Shown: positions 55,231 to 64,000 of the stretch, piece after piece | Numbering within the stretch: the first letter of the stretch is position 1 | Layout of the letters: the number at the start of each line of letters is the position of its first letter | Assembly: GCA_051530055.1 (NCBI GenBank) | Contig: CM121342.1 | Location: 14,399,480 to 14,463,479 of the forward strand | DNA from: Neoechinorhynchus agilis | Taxonomy: Eukaryota > Animalia > Acanthocephala | Reading direction: 5' to 3' | DNA length: 64,000 bases | Program-made: the position numbers and the translations under genes | The notes under the pieces: generated by a model | What the model saw: the letters and a program-made list of their open reading frames with translations, nothing else | Database searches by the model: none | Told to the model about the DNA's origin: nothing

Positions 55231-58200
55231 TTGGCAGATAGCCTAGTGGAATTTCATCCCCCCTTAATTCGTCAACGCCTTCTGGAACATCATACTCTAA
55301 GTTTTACCCAGGCGATCGACATAGCGAAGTCTCTAGATACAGCTCAGCGAAACGCTGAAATTTATGACCGTCAAGCGCCGCCTATTGCAGCTTATGTCGA
55401 AGCTCTTCCATCGATTTCGCACCAGAAGCCTTAAACGGAGGATATGGAAATAGCTGCCGCCATAAAGTCAAAAAAGTGCTGGTTTTGCGATTTTGATGTG
55501 CATCCAAGATCTCGTTGTCCTGCCAGAAAGTCTAAGTGCTCGAAATGCAGAAAAATAGACCACTGGGGCAAAGTATGTCGATCCAAGCCCTTAGAAAAGC
55601 AGTCGGAGGACACCTCCGCTACTATGTTTCTATGTGCCAGCGACGAACTTGCAGATACAAACAATCGAACGTTCCTTATCGACGTGATCATTGAAGGACT
55701 ACCGTTATCTGCTATGATCGATACAGATAGTTCGAGCAACTTTATTAGTGATAAGGTTGCCATGAATCTGGGACTAAAAACGATTGCATCGGAAGGTATA
55801 GTCAAGCTGGCAGCAACAAGTCAACAGATTCGAATCAAAGGCAAATGTCTCGTCGACATTCTTGTGGAAAATCGAACTTATCATACTGTCAAATTCAGTG
55901 TGTTGGAGGACCTTTGTACCGACGTCATACTCGGTCTAGAATTTCAAAAACTCCACAGAAACATTCGTTTTGTCTATAATGGTCCCAAAGATGAATTGGC
56001 AATCAAGCCCCTATCAGACTGTTGCAACTTGATCAAAGCTGATATGTTGGAAACCCCATTGTTTGACTCGATCCCTCGGAATATTAAGCCTGTTGTGACC
56101 GAATCGCGAATGTTTTGCGTTGAAGACCGTTCGTTTATCGATGGTGAAGTAAAAAAAGTTACTTTATGCAGGCGTGATAGAACCTAGTCGATCTCCGTGG
56201 AGATCCCAGATTGTAGTCGTCAAAAACGACTCGAATTCAGGCAAGAAGCGATTAGTTATTGACTATTCGCAGACTATCAATAGATTTATTTCGTTAGACG
56301 CTTATCCATTGCCTAACCTTCACCAGCTTATTAGTACCATCGCTCAATACCGCGTATTTTCGACCTTCGACTTAAAAAGTGCGTATCATCAAATCGGCAT
56401 ACCTGCTTCCGAAGGACGGTACACCGCTTTCGAAGCGAATGGTAATCTTTACCAATTTACGCGTATACCTTTTGGCGTTACAAACGGTGTCGTCGCATTT
56501 AAAAGGGCGATGGATAATATGATTAAGGAAGAGAATTTGGAGTGTACGATTTCATATCTAGATAATGTTACCGTAGCAGGTAAATCGCCGGAGGAACACG
56601 ACTCGAATGTAAAGCTCTTTATGGAAGCTGTCGAGAGACGGAAGTTGATTTTGAATCATTCCAAAACTATATCGTCGGTCCGATCTATCAATCTAATGGG
56701 TTACAACATCTGCAATGGAAAGATTCGGCCCGATCCGGAAAGACTACGCCCCTTATTTGAAATCCCTATTCCTTCTGATTCAAAAAGTCTAGCTCGAGTG
56801 CTCGGAATGTTGGCCTATTACTCAAAGTGGATCCAGGACTTTTCGTCGAAAGCTCAAATACTCTATAAATGCAGTAAATTTCCGATGGAAACCGATGAGA
56901 TCAGAGTTCTCAAAGAATTAAAGGAAGAGTTGGGAAACGCGTCCTTGGGTGCTATCGACGCGGATTACCATTCACCGTCGAATGAGACGCGTCTGATGTT
57001 GCCGTTTCTGCCACACTGAACCAAAACGGAAGACCTGTGGCCTTCATGTCCAGGACGCTCAACAAGTGCGAGATGCTATATCCTGCCGTCGAAAAGGAGG
57101 CGATGGCAATCGTCGAAGCTGTCAGAAAGTGGCGACCTCTACTGAATGGGAGACGTTTTCACCTTATTACTGACCAACGATCGGTAGCTTTTATGATGGA
57201 CGGTCGCTGACGAACCAAAATTGAGAACGACAAGATTCTAGGCTGGAGGGTTGAGCTCTCTGACCTCTGCAATGAAATTCGTTATCGCCCTGGCAAAGAT
57301 AATATCGCTGCGGATGCGTTGTCGAGGGCCAATGCAGTCGACCTGACTGACTTAGAAGAGATTCACAAGCAACCCTGCCACCCTGAAGTCAGTAGGTTAC
57401 TTCATTTTGTCAGATCGAAGAACTTACCATTCTCTACATCCGAGGTCAGGTCGATATGCTCGAAATGCAGAACGTGCGCTTTTATCAAACCGCAGTTTTA
57501 CAGACCCTCCGTGGACTCCCAACCGATACAGGCCTTAAAGCCGATGGATAGGGTATCGATTGACTTTAAAGACCCACTTCCGTCCCGTTCTTCCAACAAG
57601 TACCTATTTACCGCAATCGATGAATACTCTAGGTTCCTGTTTGCCATTCCCTGTGAAAATATGAATAGTCAGACGGTAATTCGATGCCTTACTTCAATCT
57701 TTTCACTGTGTGGTATCGAGGAGCGGCTTTCCTAAGCAGCGAAGTAAGTGAGTTCTTGAGGGCGAACGTCATAGCCAGCAGCCGCACTACTCCGTATCAT
57801 CCTACGGGCAACGCTCAGGTAGAGCGATTCAATGGCACGATTTGGAGATCCGTGAGCTTAACTATCTATTCACGCGGTTTGCGCATATCGGATTGGGAGG
57901 AGGTATTACCTCAAGCCTTGCACGCCGCTCGGTCTCTAATCGTACGAACAACCAACTCTACTCCCCACGACCGATTTTTCAGCTTTGCGAGGCGATCGTC
58001 TTATGGCTCGTCACTTCCGTCCTGGTTATTGTCTTCAGGTCGAGTATTATTACGCAATTTCGTGCGAAATAAAACAGAACCGCTAGTGCGAGAAGTTGAA
58101 TTGATAGAAGCGAATTCAACACATGCAAGAATACGATATGAAGATGGTACGGAAAGTTCAGTTTCGACCAAGGACCTTGCCAAACTCCCAGCACCCGATA

Positions 58201-58436
58201 GCACTAACGATAATCTCATCGAGTGCCCCGACGAAGACAGTCGAAGACCGGGTTCCGGTGATCCAAACATTTGCGAAACGAAGGTCCCACTAGAAAAAAC
58301 TGTACCACTGATTGCCATACTGAGATATTCCCGAGTCAACCATCTACGAGTGCCCCGGAACTCCGCAGATCTACACGAATACGACGAAGACCAGAACGAT
58401 ATCGGTGAAAACTCTAAGAGGGCGAGAATGACGTAA
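55231..58436 (+). mobile_element. Decayed Ty3/gypsy retrotransposon internal region (gag knuckle, PR, RT, RNase H, IN); no LTR pair found
   Basis: CPARKSKCSKC..DHWGKVC; MIDTDSS (protease site mutated); IDYSQTIN..FDLKSAYHQ..RIPFGVTN..YLDN (catalytic D mutated); RPVAFMSRTL..EKEAMAIV..IAADALSR; integrase H..C.C..DFK..TPYHPTGNAQVERFN; several stops and frameshifts. Confidence 0.93.
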
Positions 58437-59139
58437 TAATTATACGCGACTAATTCTTCGTCGCCATAATTCAGCCGCTTACTAATCCGCTCGCACGTAC
58501 GCATTCACCCTTACCGTTATTTTTCAAGTTGTATAAAACTGTTTGTGTCCACCACAAAACGTATTTTAGGCTGAAAGTGTTACCGCCTGAAAATCCAAAT
58601 AATATTCTTTTTCAAGGAGCAAAAACAGATAATTGCTAACAAAACTCAAGATAATATCAAGGCCGCATAAGTGGTTCTCTAAACGCAAGGGCAGAGCGCG
58701 ATGAGCGCCAAGTTAGTGCAATAGAATGCAGAAGGGAGGTCTTTGAGCATTTCGCATCTAAAGCCAGAGCTAGGAAAGTATGAAATTTTTTATATAAGAA
58801 ACCAAGTCCATCTACTCGCTGACCGATCTTCCAAGTAACATCAGTAGTTTTTATAACGATTTTATAATCTTTATATATTTCCTACTTAAACTTCTCCAAA
58901 CATGTCTTATGCGATTTTTTCTATTATCCTTGATGGAAATGTCTTTTTAGTATGTAGTATCTACATCAAACCCAATAAAATTTATTTATCTGAGTCCAAA
59001 GCTTGCTAAAAAATTATTTTAAATTCCGGCATGAATTTCATCTTCGGAGACTAATGATCCATCCTAAAAATGGCTGCGATCAGTTATAAGGGCAACCGAT
59101 TCCCATGACATTCTCTCATCCAATTTTCCTACATTTCAG

Positions 59140-59790
59140 TCGCCCTCCTCCCTGCCCTATTTGGACATATGCCTATGGCGAAGGAGATGCGCTTTAAAAC
59201 CACTTCCCGTTTCTCAGAGCCGGTCACGATAATATCATATGGGGCTTAGATGAGAATCTCCTACTTTGTAGGAAATTTAAACTCGGTTTCCTAAACATCC
59301 ACCTCTTTAACACTGTTTTAAAAACTCTTTTTCACCGGTAACAGGAGCGTTACGCTAGGAGAGATCAATAATTTTTTAATACCCTCCAGCACCGACTTTT
59401 TCACTACGATCAAATAAGTTAATCGCTTCTGCGAAATCTCGAGTGTTTCTTTCATTTACGGGAAAAACTTAATATGTGCGAAGAATCAGGGTAACTATTC
59501 AGCTCTTAAATTCTGGTCTGCTTTATACTGGCCATGTAGGGTTCGTTTCCGATTGAATGAGGACAGAGGGAGGATTAGATCACTCCTTCCGATTTCTTCT
59601 CAATGGTGGCACCAAAGCTGCGATTTTATATGAGAGAACTTGTAGAAGATGTATAGGAACCATTTATCTTCCTGTGATACAAGTAGAATATCCAAAAACG
59701 GATACTAAGTCGATAAAAGAAATCAAACCAGTTGGACATTGTTCCAGAAAACCTTTGGATTTCACCAGCTTAACAGTCGCGGTGTTTTCG
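59140..59790 (+). mobile_element. Possible highly decayed PLE remnant
   Basis: SLPYLDICL and scattered ..NGY-like fragments resemble the PLE RT C-terminus; heavily disrupted. Confidence 0.3.
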
Positions 59791-60439
59791 TAGGTCGCAA
59801 AAGCATTTTAAAAATCAGTCAGGAGCGATGGTACACCCGGGGCCGAAACTTTTGATTTCGAGATTTACTTTGCGGTCATAAAATTAATACATAGAACGAA
59901 ATGTGAACTTTTGTATGCAGTCACGGACATAATCAAACTTTTTATTTTGAGAATCTTGGTGGAACTTTCTTTAGCGGTTGTTTCAAATATTTTTTACATC
60001 AAATTGAAGCGATGGCATCTAGTCTACTTTGCTCGGTTTTATTCGTTTAGTTACAGGAAAGAAAATTCCGCCATTGGTGGATGCAATAAGCACATTAGGG
60101 ATTGGATCAGGCGTCTCAAAAGTGGAGCCAATTGATCCTGATAATTCTATAATAATTGATCACCAAACATATTATGTAGCGTCATTTTTACAGCGGCTTA
60201 GTTTAATCGGCATCAATACTGATAATGGTAGTATCGGGAAATATAGCACTTAGGGTACAAATGACGAACATCAAATCGCATCGCATTGTTGATTAATTTC
60301 TTCCATTCGTCTAATGAGTCGTTAGGCTTGGGAGAGTTTGTTCGAATCATGACCATGTAATCAAAAAGATGATAGTAGAAAGATAGTGTCCGATCAATAC
60401 ATTGAGAAGGTCGTATCGTTTTACGCCTACTAAGGGCAG

Positions 60440-60650
60440 CAAACTGATGAACTTACATTCTCAGTTTTTGTTCCTGCCCTTCGGAGTCGAGACTTACGGG
60501 GTATTTGGAAAGGCCGCAGCGGAATTCGTGATTGAACTGGGGCGACGTATCGCGAGTGTGACGAAAGAGCCGCAGTTAATTACTTTCTTGCGATAAAACT
60601 TGAGTCTGGCGGTCCAGCGTGGGAACGCTGCCAGCGTTCGGATGACATGT
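60440..60650 (+). mobile_element. 3' fragment of a third CRE-clade element
   Basis: FLFLPFGVETYGVFG..ELGRRIA..FLR*NLSLAVQRGNAASV. Confidence 0.87.
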
Positions 60651-60699
60651 AATGGGCCTAATGTTATGTAAAGAACTGCTAGTGGTTTCTAAAACAATT

Positions 60700-60823
60700 A
60701 AAACACATTTTCGTCAAAAAATTATTTACATTCAGCAAAAGAGCAATGATGGTTGGTGGGATGGTATCACTGAGCGGGTAGCGTGGTCTATTTCCCGCAA
60801 ACTATGTCACAAAGATAAAATAA
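60700..60823 (+). pseudogene. Frameshifted C-terminal half of an SH3 domain (Abi-like terminal SH3)
   Basis: KIIYIQQKSNDGWWDGITE, then in a shifted frame RGLFPANYVTKIK*. Confidence 0.7.
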
Positions 60824-61049
60824 AACTCCATTGTCGTTAAGGGCTTTCGTTATGGACACACACTTAACGCATGTTATGTTCAATTTATTGATTTTTTTTA
60901 TTTCAGAGCTCCCAATCGGTTTGACAGAATGTGGAATTTCTGCTTTGGTTTTTTAGAAACGATCGAATACAATTGGGATTGTGGGTGCAGATAGACAAGA
61001 GCTGCTCATGCAGCAGAAATGATAAGTATATTATTAAAACTTGTTACAC

Positions 61050-61382
61050 TCAATCCGTTTCGAACATGTTAAAGGCTGTGTTCTTTTTCTTTTTGCCGTC
61101 GTAAAGAGGACTGGCTATAGGTAAAGATGTATCTTCAGTACTTGATGATTCCTCCTGAGTCTCTTTTTTTTTCTTAAGAAGTGAATAAAGGTCTCTCGCG
61201 GTGGTAATACGTTTTTTCTTCGTTCCGAATTCCAGATCGAATTTCTCCGCAAAGTACCATGCTACTTCGAAGCCAACAATAATAAGAGAGCCAAAGAACA
61301 AGACCGGAATGACGACCATTAAGACAGTGAAAGGTGACTCGCCTGTTTCCTCGACAATGGGATTGAGGGCTGCGGCTTCCAT
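61050..61382 (-). CDS. Small single-pass membrane protein, 110 aa
   Basis: ATG start; hydrophobic stretch FTVLMVVIPVLFFGSLIIVGFEVAWYF followed by basic KKK clusters. Confidence 0.65.
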   Translation of the reverse strand: MEAAALNPIVEETGESPFTVLMVVIPVLFFGSLIIVGFEVAWYFAEKFDLEFGTKKKRITTARDLYSLLKKKKETQEESSSTEDTSLPIASPLYDGKKKKNTAFNMFETD

Positions 61383-61718
61383 TGCGAAATGTGTGACTCG
61401 AAATAACTGAGAACAACGAATATTCGCGTATATAAAATATAGGCTGTTTCTATGGATATAAACTTATAATAATCTCGACCAGGTTACCATGGCAACCTGG
61501 TTTATTATAACTCACATAAAGATGTTTGGTGCGTTTTTGTTGATAAAATATGTCTTTGTGCGTAGTTTTTTTTCAATTTATTAAGGCTAATGATTTTTTC
61601 ATTTAAAGTACTGAAGTGAGTTCACCCGTCTTCAAAAGAACGCTTGTGGACTTTTATCTGCGCGTGAAAGCAAAGAATCCCAATTTGGCTGCTTGTATCT
61701 ACAGCGAAAACGAAAAAT

Positions 61719-62239
61719 ATGGTAAGAAGAATAAAATTAAGATTTTTGCCGAATTTTGCGTTTAAGGATCAGGTGATTGGATAAGGAACGTTATCGGGGG
61801 CGGATTAAATGAATTGGAAAAGATTCGGAAGTCGTCTTTGGAACAAAAAGAATTAAAACCAAGAAAATGTAGGCTGAATAATCATAGAGGCGCGATTTTT
61901 ATCGACAAAAAGGATCAAGTGATTAAGAACGATCAAGAAAAAGACTCGTACTGCTCGAAACTGAATTCCTGGTGTTCATGTTTTGGCTTGGTCTTAATAG
62001 AAAGATTTTGCCGCAACTGTTCGTCTTTGTGTTCGCGTCTCAGGTATATAATGAAAAAATGGAAAAAGCAATGGTCACTAATAAAGTGGAACAGAGACTT
62101 CTCAAAAAACAACCAATGGGATGCCTTTAAGGATAAAATGGGTGGTTTAATGGACGATGATGATGATGATGATGATGATGATCGACTAATCGTTGTGCGG
62201 CATGCAATCATTTTAGGTAGTCGGACAATAGAATGTTAA
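61719..62239 (+). CDS. Small Cys-rich protein with poly-Asp tract (ATG-only exon plus exon 61823-62239)
   Basis: ATG|GTAAG donor at 61722 splices in frame to the AAG acceptor at 61822; Cys-rich middle; GAC(GAT)9 at 62153-62182. Confidence 0.5.
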
Positions 62240-62827
62240 AACTTATAACGTGCACTCTGTCGTTAATAAAGAAATTTCCTTTCTAAAATCCAAAACATCA
62301 CAGAAAACGCGAGAGTAAAATATTTGTTGTTCTCTAAAGCGAAAGTTCATAAATATTCATTAGAAATAAATATCTAAGAAATGAATTTCTCAGTTTGGTG
62401 TTTCAAATCCTAAGTTTTAGGCGGTCCTAAGAACCTTTTATCGTTCTAGGCTTCATCATTTTCGCATAAAAAAACATTGGGACTATTTCGTCGATTTTAT
62501 ACACCTCACTCAATCCATAAAACTCTCTCAAAATAGACCATACTTTTTACGTGTTGTATTTTGATTGTTACTACTCTAAATTCAATGCGACATAAATTGT
62601 CGTATTGGGGATTAAATTCGTTTGGTTAGATATGTTATTTCTTATGTCGCTTGTCAATATTATTGATATAACTGATACAATCGAGCATTGGCAAATTAGT
62701 TGGAATAAAAAAATAAAATTGCGTAAAATCGATTTTTTCGCTGAAGCATTAAAGATGCTTAAATGTTCATTTAGACGAGGTCGTTAAAAAAGCATCACAT
62801 TGATTCACACCGAGGTCTTAACAAATG

Positions 62828-63008
62828 TTTCAGTTTCAATTAGCGATGTTTGATTAAGAAAATAGATTTATCTTAAAAAATTTCGACCTTTTCTTTGGTC
62901 TTCTTCAGTCAGTTTTGTAAGCTTTGACTGAAGAAGGTCAACGAAAAGGCCGAAAATGTTCAAGATAAATCTATTTTCTTAATCAAACATCGCTAATTGA
63001 AACTGAAA
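62828..63008. mobile_element. Twin-hammerhead fold-back mini-element (~84-bp arms, 13-bp spacer), C3-G8 cores
   Basis: 62828-62911 is the reverse complement of 62925-63008. The + motif is TGA-CTGAAGA-A-GGTC-N8-GGCC-GAAA-AT-G-T-TCA; the - motif is TGA-CTGAAGA-A-GACC-N8-GGTC-GAAA-TT-T-T-TTA. Confidence 0.86.
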
Positions 63009-63148
63009 CTATAATGAATAATTTCTTTACAAAGTCTTAACAAATGTTGAGTATTTTTATATATATTTAAAAATGCCACCATCGTCACTGAGTAACTGCA
63101 CACTGACCTTTAATCTCCATTCGTCTGTATACAATTAGCTATTTGGTC

Positions 63149-64000
63149 TTATCGTTTGAATTGTGTTTCATCTCCTCGTTTCGGCCGCTTCGTTCCTTTA
63201 ATCCTCTGATCGAATTCGTCATCTTGAGCGCGAGTCAATGAGTTTAAATATAAAAGTAAATGTGTATACCATCTAGGTCACGTAATCGCTTCCTTAACAA
63301 TTCCTCCTGGCAACACTCATTGACCGTTTTTGCAATAATGGAATTTGTAGATATCATAAACAAATCCGTTACTAGTTTACACACAATCTTTAAAATTTTA
63401 AAAGCTCACGCTTTTATCGACCGTACTTTAAAGACTAAAATCAAACCTGTTTAACGAAGGGAGATGATATTGGAATACGGTCGCATTCCTCTTCACTTGA
63501 CGATGATTTCTAATAAAATATGAGTGAGAAAATGCGTTAACCATTATCTGACAGAGAAAGAGACTGTCCGAAGATTTTTCGTCAATTCATTTTACCTCCG
63601 CTAATAATAATGTGCTTTCACGATCGTCAATCTTACTGTTTAAACTCGTTTCTGGATCTCTTTTTGAACTAGCCTGTTTCCAAAATTTTATCAATACGTG
63701 CGAAGTAGACGCTATCACGCATTTCCCCAAAGTTAATTCCAAAATTGAAAATGCGACCTCTCTCGCTTAATGTAGCGTTAAATTATTCCGCTTTAAGGAC
63801 AAAGCATTTTCAATCTTCTTCAGAAGTAACGAATTTCAATGCTGGGAAACCCAACCTCATCTCTGATTTCTGCCTTTTCACTCATGGTGTCAAGTCCTTC
63901 TCTAATCCAAGCAGGGAGCCGTCGCTTGGTTGAGACTTTCTGAGGTAATTCCGATGGGGCTATGATTTTCTCCATAAGTCCCGGAATGGATGGCCGAAGT
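63149..64000 (-). CDS. PNISR: PNISR (SFRS18) homologue, 3' exons; gene continues beyond the window
   Basis: KRRLPAWIREGLDTMSEK matches the PNISR signature KRRTLPAWIREGLEKMER. The downstream exon IVCKLVTDLFMISTNSII resembles the conserved LLTEILL.VT helix. Confidence 0.78.

Noticed and set aside
54600-59100. LTR pair for the gypsy element
   Set aside because: No matching direct repeats were found on both sides by eye.

Overview
AT-rich animal genomic DNA with compact genes and short GT-AG introns (mostly about 43-70 nt where I could trace them). Recognisable genes: a Topors-like RING ligase, RABIF/Mss4, RTRAF, CIAPIN1/anamorsin, Tousled-like kinase, IQSEC Arf-GEF, RIM-binding protein, RPL30 and the 3' part of PNISR. 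There is also a divergent homeobox gene and a few small orphan ORFs. Between them lie many mostly decayed transposons: Penelope-like elements (PLEs), CR1/L2-type LINEs, CRE-clade REL retrotransposons, Ty3/gypsy fragments and a Tc1 derivative. The main signal the ORF track does not show is about 20 minimal hammerhead-ribozyme (HHR)-like motifs, read by eye. They share one extra nucleotide between A9 and stem II and a 2-nt palindromic stem III, and they covary between C3-G8 and U3-A8 cores. Many sit in fold-back palindromes of 180-540 bp made of two outward-facing HHRs, and one family also forms a ~196-bp tandem array resembling a retrozyme. A second oddity is a 153-nt fold-back insert with an in-frame stop inside the otherwise intact TLK coding sequence, with no convincing canonical splice sites at its ends. 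No rRNA, tRNA or CRISPR arrays were seen. All motif and structure calls are manual and untested.
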